Shown: one piece after another, positions 10,302 through 19,179 of the stretch
Layout: each line of letters starts with the position of its first letter
Numbering within the stretch: position 1 is the first letter of the stretch
Assembly (NCBI GenBank): GCA_963803805.1
Contig: CAWDOD010000003.1
Location: 192,001-256,000, forward strand
Direction: 5' to 3'
Length of the DNA stretch: 64,000 nt
Origin: an uncultured cyanobacterium
GTDB lineage: Bacteria; Cyanobacteriota; Cyanobacteriia; Cyanobacteriales; CAWCAG01
Made by a program: the position numbers and the translations under genes
Notes under the pieces: generated by a model
What the model was told of the DNA's origin: nothing
Seen by the model: only the letters and a program-made list of their open reading frames with translations
Databases searched by the model: none

Positions 10302-10949
10302 TCATCGGGTAGAACAATTTAGACCTTCTTTTTTTGTACCGATAGCTGCAACTTGTGGGGTCAAATTGGTTTCAGAAGCTTGTGTTTTTACTTTGAAGGG
10401 ATTTACTTCCCAACAAGGAGCAAGTACTGGCGGCTTTCCAGGATTAAATCCTAATTGTTTTACCGCGTAATATACTGTGGAATTGCTATTAGCTCCATCA
10501 AAACACTGTTCTGAATCAGGCATACGGTACTTAATTCTAGCCGCTTCAATATTGTCCATAATTTCCCTTAATTTAGAGTCATAGTTATTAAAAGCACCAA
10601 TTGACTTAAATTTTTGCAGTTCTACTACCGCACTAGGATTTGTTGTCCAATCAACAGTCCTCTCTGTATACCGACCATATTGTGTAACGATTTATCCATA
10701 CATAAATCCTGAAAGACCGCCACGATAGAAATTTGTAGGACCGTAAAAACCAGTTAGATAAGAAGGTTCACGAAGAATGATAAAGGCATGGTGTGCTGGA
10801 GTCGTAGCTGTTCCTACTGGTTTGAAATGTATTTCCAAACTACCTGGTACTTTAGGCGAAAGCGGCCCCGTGTCAATTTGAGCTAGTTGTTGAGGATCGT
10901 TTTCTGAAGTCTTCTGGTTTTCTAAAGCCTGCTCATTCTTGGATCGCAA
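10302..10949 (-). pseudogene. 5'-truncated effector cassette (NSNS family) with a single in-frame TAA
   Basis: ORFs 10692..10949 and 10302..10559 are in one frame; read-through gives YG*IVTQYGRYTERTVDWTTNPS, matching WGYIVTTSRPYVPRGLDWTTNPS of 8845..9810. Confidence 0.8.
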
Positions 10950-12322
10950 CTCAACAACTAGGCTTTTCTTTACTCACTATTCCTGCCCATCTGCTACCCC
11001 AAGAAACCGCCGCACTACAACAATTCTGCCAACGTTTAGAAAGACAAACTATTTTGGGACGTAGCTTAGTTTTCCTTGATTGTCGTCAAATACTAGAAAG
11101 TGATGGTTTAGCAGAGAAGTTCTTTTCTCAACTAATTGAACAACTGCCTACTCCATTCCTCATTAACTCCCCTCAGCCCAAACAACTTTCCCAACCTTGC
11201 CTGATTCTGGAAGTTAACCCTCCCACTAAAGGAGAACAATTGCAACTTTGGCAAACTGCCTTGGGAGATGTGGCTACAAATTTAGAAACAGAATTAGCAT
11301 CCTTGGCCTATCAATATCACCTAGACCTCCCCACTATCCAAACCATCTGCGCCCAAACTCTCACTGAACTAGATTCAAACAATGCTCCTACAGAATTACT
11401 CCCCAGCCTCCGACAAAACTGCCACCATTTAGTTCGTCCCGCTTTACAAGGACTCGCCCAACACATCGAAACCAAAGCAGATTGGGAAGACTTAATCTTG
11501 CCGGAAAAAGAGAAAAATACTCTTGAAGAGATTGTCGCCCAAGTTACCTACCGCAAAACTGTTAGTGCAGACTGGGGTTGGGCAGGAAAGGGACAACGGG
11601 GACAAGCTATGGTGGCAGTATTTGCTGGGGTAAGTGGTACAGGGAAAACTATGGCAGCCGAGTTAATAGGTAAAAGGACAGGATTAGATGTTTATCGTAT
11701 TGATTTAGCTGCTGTAGTGAGTAAGTACATTGGGGAAACGGAAAAGCATTTGGGTCAAATCTTTGATGGCGCAGAAAGGGGAGGAGCTATTTTACTTTTT
11801 GATGAAGGGGATGCTCTTTTTGGTAAGCGTACTGAAGTCAAGGATAGCCGCGATCGCTATGCGAATTTGAGTGTCAGTTATTTGTTACAACGTTTGGAGG
11901 CTTATGGTGGCTTGGCTATTATTACCACCAACTGGGAAGAATCTTTAGATCAGGCTTTTAAGCGACGTTTTCGCCACATTGTTAAGTTCCCCATGCCAGA
12001 CAAAGAAACCAGGAAGTTACTTTGGCAAAGGATTTTTCCCAAAGCTACCCCAATCCATCAATTGAATTTTACAGAGTTAGCAAAAATGCACATTAGCGGT
12101 GGTAATATTCGCTCTATAGCTCTGAATGCTTGCTTCCTCGCTGCTAAAATGGGGCAGCCAGTAACTATGAAGCAAGTTGCGATCACCGCTCGTGAAGAGT
12201 ACGTGAAGTTAGATTTGGGGAATATGGATAACTTTACCCAAGGTTGGTTAAAAGAAGCTAAAGAAGCTGAGTTGAAGACTTTGATGTCTCAGTCATTACC
12301 AAACATTCAGACAACAAGATAA
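10943..12322 (+). CDS. eCIS-type (Afp15/Pvc15-like) AAA+ ATPase, apparently 5'-truncated
   Basis: Walker A GVSGTGKT, VVSKYIGETEK, Walker B LLFDEGD, DSRDRYAN; family-like sequence (QQLGFSLLTIPAHLLP) continues upstream of the TTG to 10943. Confidence 0.8.
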   Translation: MATQQLGFSLLTIPAHLLPQETAALQQFCQRLERQTILGRSLVFLDCRQILESDGLAEKFFSQLIEQLPTPFLINSPQPKQLSQPCLILEVNPPTKGEQLQLWQTALGDVATNLETELASLAYQYHLDLPTIQTICAQTLTELDSNNAPTELLPSLRQNCHHLVRPALQGLAQHIETKADWEDLILPEKEKNTLEEIVAQVTYRKTVSADWGWAGKGQRGQAMVAVFAGVSGTGKTMAAELIGKRTGLDVYRIDLAAVVSKYIGETEKHLGQIFDGAERGGAILLFDEGDALFGKRTEVKDSRDRYANLSVSYLLQRLEAYGGLAIITTNWEESLDQAFKRRFRHIVKFPMPDKETRKLLWQRIFPKATPIHQLNFTELAKMHISGGNIRSIALNACFLAAKMGQPVTMKQVAITAREEYVKLDLGNMDNFTQGWLKEAKEAELKTLMSQSLPNIQTTR

Positions 12323-12398
12323 AAAGCCTAACTCTACTACTTAGATTCGTCTCTTCCTCAAACCCATTGGAGGAATCCTCGAATTACTTTCGTGTTAA

Positions 12399-13031
12399 CT
12401 ATTCTTTTACCAAAACTCCATGTAAAAAAATATCTGCAATACCTTCGGCCATTTCCTGCATGGCTTGGGGAGAAGCGTCGGGATTAATGATGGTATTTTC
12501 AGAAAACCCGGCGATCGCAAACATACCCAAAAATACTTGAGCAACAATTTTAGGATTAGTGCGGCGATAGATGCCGCGATCCATAGCAGTTTGGAAAAAC
12601 ACTTCCGCCACATCCGTCATCTTTTCAATCACCTCCGATTGAATCCTTTCTTGCAATTCGGGGTGAAACTGGGCTTCTGTAAAGCAAACACGCATCATAT
12701 CGCTATTTTCCTTCATACGAAACATACGCCGTCGCATTACTTGGGCTATGGCTTTGTAACTACCCATTTCACTTAATTCTGTTAGTAAGTCAGTGAGAAT
12801 TTCTACCCAACCCATGGTCACCACTTCAATTAAAATTGCTTTTTTGTTAGCAAAATGACGAAACAGAGTCCCTTCTGCCACCTTTGCACCTGTAGCTAAA
12901 TCTTTAGTAGTTGTGCCGTCGTAACCTTGACGAGCAAATAAATGTAAGGCAGCTTTTAAGATGCGGCTGCGGGTATTTTCTTCTGGATTACTGGTTACTT
13001 GTCCGACGGAACGCTGACTAAAAACTCGCAT
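12399..13031 (-). CDS. TetR/AcrR family transcriptional regulator
   Basis: ILKAALHLFARQGYDGTTTKDLA...VAEGTLFRHF HTH. Confidence 0.95.
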   Translation of the reverse strand: MRVFSQRSVGQVTSNPEENTRSRILKAALHLFARQGYDGTTTKDLATGAKVAEGTLFRHFANKKAILIEVVTMGWVEILTDLLTELSEMGSYKAIAQVMRRRMFRMKENSDMMRVCFTEAQFHPELQERIQSEVIEKMTDVAEVFFQTAMDRGIYRRTNPKIVAQVFLGMFAIAGFSENTIINPDASPQAMQEMAEGIADIFLHGVLVKE

Positions 13032-13225
13032 AGCATTTTTACTTATTAAATTAGCTGGAAAACTGTAGAGTTATTCTCTAACAAGAAGTAGTGATCATGG
13101 TAAAAGCTTCACAGATCGTTAAGAGGGAACAGTTATATTCTATCGCGGTCAAATGTCTTACCCTTTTTAGCTTAAACAAGAATTTTGTGCCAACGGGCTT
13201 GTTAGAATAAATCCGTACTAAAGCG

Positions 13226-14812
13226 ATGCAGAGTATGCAAAAAATATTGAAAGATTGTTTTCGACGCAATAGCTGGAATTATAAGTTAATCAGTTTTTGC
13301 TCTTCAATTATGTTAGTGGGAAGCTTTTTACCCCATGTTGCTTTAGCGCAAACCCCGACAGGAAGTTCAACTTCAATTCAGCCTTATTTAGATCGGGTTG
13401 TCGAACAAGTTACGGAGTATGAGCTAGATAATGGCATGAAATTCATACTCTTGAAAAGGGATAAAGCCCCGATTGTTTCTTTTGTTACCTATGCTGATGT
13501 GGGGGGTGCTAATGAACCTGATGGTAAAACAGGGGTAGCTCATTTCCTAGAACATTTAGCTTTTAAAGGTACAAGGCGCATTGGTACAACTAATTATGAA
13601 GCGGAAAAGCCCCTTTTAGAAGAATTAGATCGCTTATTTGAGGAAATCAAAGCAGCTAGAGAAGCGGGAGATGAAGCTAAATTAACTCAACTACAAGCAG
13701 AATTTGCTGAGGTTGAAGCCCAAGCAGATAAATATGCCAAACAAAACGAATTTGGTCAAATTGTCGAAACATCTGGAGGAGAAGGCTTAAATGCTGCAAC
13801 CTCAGCCGATTATACAATCTATTTTTATAGCTTACCTGCTAACAAAACGGAATTATGGATGGCTTTAGAGTCAGAACGCTTTCTTGATCCTGTATTTAGG
13901 GAATTTTATAAAGAAAAAGAAGTCATATTAGAAGAGCGTCGGTTGCGTACAGATAACTCTCCGGTGGGTAAGATGATTGAAGAGTTTCTCGATACTGCCT
14001 ACGAAGTTCATCCCTATAAGCGTCCTGTAATCGGCTATGACGAAGATATTCGCAACTTAGAGCGGGGTGATGTCGAAGAGTTTTTCTCCACCCACTATGC
14101 CCCTAATAACTTAACCGTAGCTATTATTGGGGATATAGATCCTCAAGAAGTAAAAGAGTTAAGCGAGGTTTATTTTGGACGTTACCCAGCTAAACCCCAA
14201 CCCCCAGAAGTAACCAGGGTAGAACCACCTCAAAGCCAAACAAAGGAAGTTACCCTCGAACTCAACTCCCAACCTTGGTATCTAGAAGGTTATCATCGCC
14301 CCTCCATTAACCACCCTGATCACGCTGTATATGAAATCATTTCTCGCTTACTTAGCGACGGCAGAACTTCCCGCCTCTACAAATCTTTGGTAGAAGAAAA
14401 GCAAGTGGCTTTAACAGCACAAGGATTTAGCGGTTTTCCTGGGGAGAAATATCCCAACTTAATGCTTTTTTATGCCCTCACCGCCCCCAATAGTAGCGTT
14501 GAAGATGTAGCTAAAGCCTTAGATATAGAAATTGAACGGTTGAAAACTGAACCAGTTTCCCCTCAAGAGTTAGAGCGGGTAAAAACCCAAGCTAGGGCAG
14601 AATTATTGCGTTCCCTCAACTCCAATATTGGCATGGGGCAGTTACTGGTTAAGTATGAAGTCTTAACCGGAGACTGGCGCAACCTCTTTAAACAACTAGA
14701 GGCGATCGCCCAAGTAAATGCAGCAGATGTGCAAAGGGTTTCTCAAACAACCTTTACTCCAGAAAATCGTACCATTGGTCGGTTGCTTTCTCAAGAAGGG
14801 AATGGGGAATAA
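13226..14812 (+). CDS. M16 family zinc peptidase (catalytic subunit), exported
   Basis: Inverted HxxEH (HFLEH), LNAATS; signal peptide ending ALA. Confidence 0.93.
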   Translation: MQSMQKILKDCFRRNSWNYKLISFCSSIMLVGSFLPHVALAQTPTGSSTSIQPYLDRVVEQVTEYELDNGMKFILLKRDKAPIVSFVTYADVGGANEPDGKTGVAHFLEHLAFKGTRRIGTTNYEAEKPLLEELDRLFEEIKAAREAGDEAKLTQLQAEFAEVEAQADKYAKQNEFGQIVETSGGEGLNAATSADYTIYFYSLPANKTELWMALESERFLDPVFREFYKEKEVILEERRLRTDNSPVGKMIEEFLDTAYEVHPYKRPVIGYDEDIRNLERGDVEEFFSTHYAPNNLTVAIIGDIDPQEVKELSEVYFGRYPAKPQPPEVTRVEPPQSQTKEVTLELNSQPWYLEGYHRPSINHPDHAVYEIISRLLSDGRTSRLYKSLVEEKQVALTAQGFSGFPGEKYPNLMLFYALTAPNSSVEDVAKALDIEIERLKTEPVSPQELERVKTQARAELLRSLNSNIGMGQLLVKYEVLTGDWRNLFKQLEAIAQVNAADVQRVSQTTFTPENRTIGRLLSQEGNGE

Positions 14813-14855
14813 GTAGTTAAGTCACTAGGTAATAAGTAATTCAGTTAAACAAGCA

Positions 14856-16325
14856 ATGGTAACAAAGAAACAAATGAAGCGCTTCAGTTGGCTGGGAATA
14901 GTGGTTCTCACGATATTTTTCGTTATTGTTGGTACGGGGGAAACTAACTTTTCTTTGGCGGCTACAGCCAAATATTACGAGCAACTAGAATTTCCTCCCT
15001 TGCCAGAGGTAAAATTACCGGAGTATGAACGCTACGAACTTAGTAACGGTATGGTAATTTATCTGATTGAAGATAGAGAACTGCCTTTAGTTAGTGGTAG
15101 TGCCATCATTCGCACAGGTTCTCGGTGGGAAAAAGGGGAAGAATCTGGTTTAGCAGGAATAACAGGAACAGTTATGCGTACCGGGGGAACCACAAAACAT
15201 CCCCCCGATCAGCTAAACGAAATGCTTGAACAAAGGGCAGCGTCGGTAGAAACTTTTATTGGTGATAGTTCTGGCGGTGCTAGTTTTAGTGCCTTGAGTG
15301 AAGACTTACCAATGGTCATGACTCTTTTTGCAGAAGTATTGCGAGATCCGGCTTTCCCCCAGGATAAAATCGAATTAGCGAAAACCCAGGAACAGGGAAA
15401 TATTGCCCGTCGCAATGATGATCCAGGGGAGATTGCCCGTCGGGAGTTTTATAAACTGGTTTATGGGGGTCAAAGTCCCTATGCCCGTACCGTAGAATAC
15501 GCAACTTTAGGTAATATTGAACGCCAGGATTTAGTTGATTTTTACAGTACATACTTTCATCCTGACAATATTATCTTAGGCATAGTTGGGGACTTTGATA
15601 CCCAGGAAGTTAAAGAGTTAATTACTGCTAAATTTGGTGACTGGCAACCTACTTCTGGTAAGAGTAAGCCAACAGTTCCTCAAGCAACCCAGAAAAACAC
15701 TCAAGGGGTATTTCTTGTCAACCAACCCCAACTAACCCAAAGTAACATCCTCTTAGGACATCTTGGTGGTCAATTGGATAATCCTGATTATCCTGAACTT
15801 ACTGTGATGAATGAAGTCCTTAATGGTTTTGGAGGACGTTTATTTAATGAAGTGCGATCGCGTCAAGGTTTAGCTTATTCGGTATACGGTATTTGGAGTC
15901 CCCGCTACGATTATCCTGGTATTTTTATTGCCGGGGGACAAACTCGTTCTGAGGCGACAGTTCCTTTTATTGAAGGGATTAAAGCAGAAATTGCCAAGCT
16001 GCGTACAGAACCAATAACAGCACAGGAATTAGCCAATGCTAAAGAATCAATCCTGAATTCCTTCGTCTTCAACTTCGCAGATCCTAGTCAAACCCTATCT
16101 CGGTTGATGCGTTATGAGTATTACGGCTATCCGGCTGACTTTATTTTCCAGTATCAGCGCCAGGTTAAAGCAACTACCATTGCCGATATTCAAAGGGTAG
16201 CTCAAGAATATCTCCAACCAGACAAGATTGTCACTATAGTTGTGGGCAATGCTGAAGATATTCAACCACCCTTGCAGGATATAGGTATGGCAGTAGAAAC
16301 TTTGGATGTTTCAATTAAGGAATAA
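14856..16325 (+). CDS. M16 family peptidase, non-catalytic partner subunit
   Basis: M16 fold lacking HxxEH; RLFNEVRSRQGLAY motif; signal/TM leader. Confidence 0.92.
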   Translation: MVTKKQMKRFSWLGIVVLTIFFVIVGTGETNFSLAATAKYYEQLEFPPLPEVKLPEYERYELSNGMVIYLIEDRELPLVSGSAIIRTGSRWEKGEESGLAGITGTVMRTGGTTKHPPDQLNEMLEQRAASVETFIGDSSGGASFSALSEDLPMVMTLFAEVLRDPAFPQDKIELAKTQEQGNIARRNDDPGEIARREFYKLVYGGQSPYARTVEYATLGNIERQDLVDFYSTYFHPDNIILGIVGDFDTQEVKELITAKFGDWQPTSGKSKPTVPQATQKNTQGVFLVNQPQLTQSNILLGHLGGQLDNPDYPELTVMNEVLNGFGGRLFNEVRSRQGLAYSVYGIWSPRYDYPGIFIAGGQTRSEATVPFIEGIKAEIAKLRTEPITAQELANAKESILNSFVFNFADPSQTLSRLMRYEYYGYPADFIFQYQRQVKATTIADIQRVAQEYLQPDKIVTIVVGNAEDIQPPLQDIGMAVETLDVSIKE

Positions 16326-16336
16326 CAAACAAAAGA

Positions 16337-16360
16337 AGAGGCGTTGCTTGCAGCGTCTCT
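16337..16360 (+). terminator. Hairpin after the M16 operon
   Basis: agaggcgttgc-tt-gcagcgtctct imperfect inverted repeat. Confidence 0.45.
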
Positions 16361-16455
16361 ATTGGAGAAAAAAGGCTTAGGTAAGCTATAGGTTTAAGAC
16401 AGGAAATAATGCTCAAGAATAGCCAAAACGCAAAGTGTTGTAAGAAATAAAATCG

Positions 16456-17388
16456 ATGGCTGAGCAAATTGAAACGTTAATTTCTATTATTATTGTCAAC
16501 TATAATTGCGGTAATATTTTAATAGATTGTTTGAAATCTGTAGAGGAATTTACTCAAACCTTACTCTCTGAAATTATTGTTGTTGATAATGCTTCTGTAG
16601 ATGGAAGTGTTGCTCTAGTTGAAAAACAATTTCCCCAAATTACCTTAATCAAAGAAACCGAGAATCGTGGTTTTGGCGCAGGTAATAATATTGGAGCTAA
16701 AGTAGCAAAAGGAAACTTTCTTTTCTTCCTTAATCCTGATACAGTCTTAACTCAAGAAATACTCCCTCATCTACTAAATATTATTCAATCAGAGCCAACG
16801 GTTGGTATTGTTGCTCCTAAATTAGTTTATCCAGATGGCAGCTTGCAAATATCTACGGCTGAAGCTATTGGTATCAAAGGAGAATACCAAACTAGAAAGC
16901 GTCTTCTTAATTATCAACAAGGTAAAAACATAGAGGCGATCACCAAGGAGTTTCAAGAGATTAAAACAGTAGATATCGTTATAGGAGCAGCTTTTTTAAT
17001 CAGTGAAGAATTGTTCCATCAATTAAGTGGCTTTGATGAAGAGTTTTTCTTGTATTTTGAAGAATCAGACCTTTGCCAGCGAGTAAGAAACTTAGGTAAA
17101 AATATTGTCTATACCCCTCAAGTATCCCTGATTCATAAACAAGGTTATTCTTCAAAACAAGTTTCTGCACGAGTGCTGCTTGAATATCGACGCAGCCAAA
17201 TTTACTATTACCAGAAACATCTTCCTTTCTGGGAACAGATAGTGATTCGGTTTTATATAGCTAGTAAGTTTACTCTTTTACTAATCAAGTCTCCTGACTT
17301 AACTAAATTAAAGGTAATAAGATTAGCTCTATGTATGAAAAACCATCCTTTTATAAAAAAGCAATCTCCTATTAATAACAAACAATAA
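16456..17388 (+). CDS. Glycosyltransferase family 2 (WbbL-like)
   Basis: SIIIVNYN, VDNASVD, NRGFGAGNN, LNPD, FDEEFFLYFEESDLC. Confidence 0.93.
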   Translation: MAEQIETLISIIIVNYNCGNILIDCLKSVEEFTQTLLSEIIVVDNASVDGSVALVEKQFPQITLIKETENRGFGAGNNIGAKVAKGNFLFFLNPDTVLTQEILPHLLNIIQSEPTVGIVAPKLVYPDGSLQISTAEAIGIKGEYQTRKRLLNYQQGKNIEAITKEFQEIKTVDIVIGAAFLISEELFHQLSGFDEEFFLYFEESDLCQRVRNLGKNIVYTPQVSLIHKQGYSSKQVSARVLLEYRRSQIYYYQKHLPFWEQIVIRFYIASKFTLLLIKSPDLTKLKVIRLALCMKNHPFIKKQSPINNKQ

Positions 17389-17409
17389 TTGCTAAATATT
17401 TGATAATAA

Positions 17410-18483
17410 ATGGTATTAGTTAATCTCTCGGTTTTTCTTCTTCAACCTACAGGTATATCTAACTATGCAACAAACCTAATTCCCTATCTAAAACCTCTCC
17501 ATCCAACCCTCTTAACTGCCCATAACTATCCTGATTTTAACTGCTATCCAATTCCTAACAATCTTTCTCCTGCCCAAGGAGCAAAAGGGCATATTCGTCG
17601 CCTTTTCTGGACACAGTTTAAATTAGCTCAACTTCATCAAAAACACCAGAGCAAGTTGTTATTTTCTCCCCTCCCGGAAGCACCTTTATATTATCATTGC
17701 CCCTATGTAGTTATGGTGCATGACTTCATTCCTTTGCGCTTTCCCCAAGACTCTTTTCCACAAACTCTTTACTATCGCTACTATGTACCTCAAGTTCTTA
17801 AACAAAGCACACAAATAATTTGTAACTCAACATCTACAGCCACAGATATTGTTGAGTTCGTCAAAATTCCTGCCAGCAAAATTACCCCAATTCCCCTCGG
17901 TTATGATGAGAAACATTTCCGTCCTTTAAATTTACCTCTTACAAACTCTCGCCCTTATTTCCTTTATATTGGTCGTCATAATCCTCACAAAAACCTTAGT
18001 AGGTTAATCACTGCTTTTGCTAATCTGGCTAACTGTAGCGATCATGAACTTTGGTTAGTTGGTTCTCAAGATAAGCGTTATACTCCTCAATTAGAAATGC
18101 AAGTAGCAGAGTTAAATTTACAAGACAAAATAAAGTTTCTTGATTATATTTCCTATCAAGAATTACCTAGAATTATTAATAACGCGATCGCCCTGGTTTT
18201 TCCTTCTCTTTGGGAAGGTTTCGGATTGCCAGTTTTAGAAGCAATGGCTTGTGGTACTCCGGTAATCACTTCTAACCTTTCTTCCCTACCAGAAGTAACA
18301 GGAGATGCCGCAGTTTTAATCAATCCTGACAATACAGCAGAAATTACTGCGGCAATGGAAACTATAATTAAAGATGAAAAAATGCGATCACAACTTACAA
18401 CTCTTGGTTTAAAACGTGCTAGTCAATTTAGCTGGGCGAAAACTGGACAAGCTACAGTGGAGGTATTGCAAAAATATATTTAA
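17410..18483 (+). CDS. Glycosyltransferase family 4
   Basis: VHDFIP, HKNL and FPSLWEGFGLPVLEAMACGTPV motifs. Confidence 0.94.
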   Translation: MVLVNLSVFLLQPTGISNYATNLIPYLKPLHPTLLTAHNYPDFNCYPIPNNLSPAQGAKGHIRRLFWTQFKLAQLHQKHQSKLLFSPLPEAPLYYHCPYVVMVHDFIPLRFPQDSFPQTLYYRYYVPQVLKQSTQIICNSTSTATDIVEFVKIPASKITPIPLGYDEKHFRPLNLPLTNSRPYFLYIGRHNPHKNLSRLITAFANLANCSDHELWLVGSQDKRYTPQLEMQVAELNLQDKIKFLDYISYQELPRIINNAIALVFPSLWEGFGLPVLEAMACGTPVITSNLSSLPEVTGDAAVLINPDNTAEITAAMETIIKDEKMRSQLTTLGLKRASQFSWAKTGQATVEVLQKYI

Positions 18484-18498
18484 GATCCTTACCAATAA

Positions 18499-18529
18499 AA
18501 AAAATACCCCCGTTTTGGAGGTATTTTTT
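18499..18529. terminator. Bidirectional intrinsic terminator
   Basis: aaaaaatacccc...ggaggtatttttt inverted repeat between convergent genes. Confidence 0.7.
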
Positions 18530-18645
18530 AGTTGTGTTGTTAATCAACCAAAAGTTGGATTTAACTTGAATCTAGGAAGTCAAATTGATATTATTTGACT
18601 TAGGAGCAGATGATAAAGTTGAAAGGTGAAATCTTAGATTGAAGC

Positions 18646-18819
18646 TTAGTAGCTAATGCCGCGATAGGTTCTTTTGCCCTTGCGTTGCTGAACCTGATTG
18701 CTGTGAACATCACGGAACTTGCAATCTTGACCGCGATATTTACCTTTGTATTCAGAAACATTGCCTTCAACAGCATTTTGATGAGCTTCGTAGCTGTGAC
18801 CGCGATAAAAAAGTTTCAT
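18646..18819 (-). CDS. DUF4278 small protein (57 aa; absent from the ORF track)
   Basis: MKLFYRGHSYEAHQNAVEGNVSEYKGKYRGQDCKFRDVHSNQVQQRKGKRTYRGISY: three YRG motifs; GAGG RBS. Confidence 0.88.
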   Translation of the reverse strand: MKLFYRGHSYEAHQNAVEGNVSEYKGKYRGQDCKFRDVHSNQVQQRKGKRTYRGISY

Positions 18820-18857
18820 AGTATTCGCCTCTGATAAATCTTACAGTGAGTGAGTGA

Positions 18858-18926
18858 GGCGCGTTCCTTCAGAATTTACTTCTTACTTCCGTCTCTTTGT
18901 TTAGAAAACTTTGAGAGATGAACGTT
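18858..18926 (-). ncRNA. Glutamine riboswitch (glnA RNA motif)
   Basis: Minus strand CGTTCATCTC...GAGACGGAAGTAAG...CTGAAGGAACGCGC matches the glnA-motif consensus and lies in the 5' UTR of a DUF4278 gene. Confidence 0.85.
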
Positions 18927-18936
18927 TTTGGTTTCT

Positions 18937-18950
18937 GTATCTATTGTTAC
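18937..18950. promoter_or_regulatory. NtcA box overlapping the putative -10 region of the DUF4278 gene
   Basis: GTA-tctattgt-TAC; minus-strand TTGACA at 18966-18971. Confidence 0.75.
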
Positions 18951-19179
18951 GGTTTTTTCAAAAAATGTCAAGTATTATTTTGGGTTACTCTCAACTTTTT
19001 ACTTAGTGATCCCTACAGATTAAGTATAGATATTTTTGAAGAGTAACTAGATTTTGGTGAATTTAAGAAGTTATACGTGATCATAGACGCGATCGCAACC
19101 ACTACTTTGGCAATAATGTAAAAAAGCGCTCAGTGTGTTTAGAAAGTGTTGGGCGATGGTAGATAAGGTAAGCAAGTAT

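Noticed and set aside
10692-10694. Programmed stop read-through or recoding
   Set aside because: It is TAA, the paralog has Tyr there, and the gene is also 5'-truncated, so a nonsense mutation is simpler
5889-12322. Complete eCIS or prophage
   Set aside because: No sheath, tube, baseplate or spike genes in the window; only DUF4157 cassettes and the ATPase
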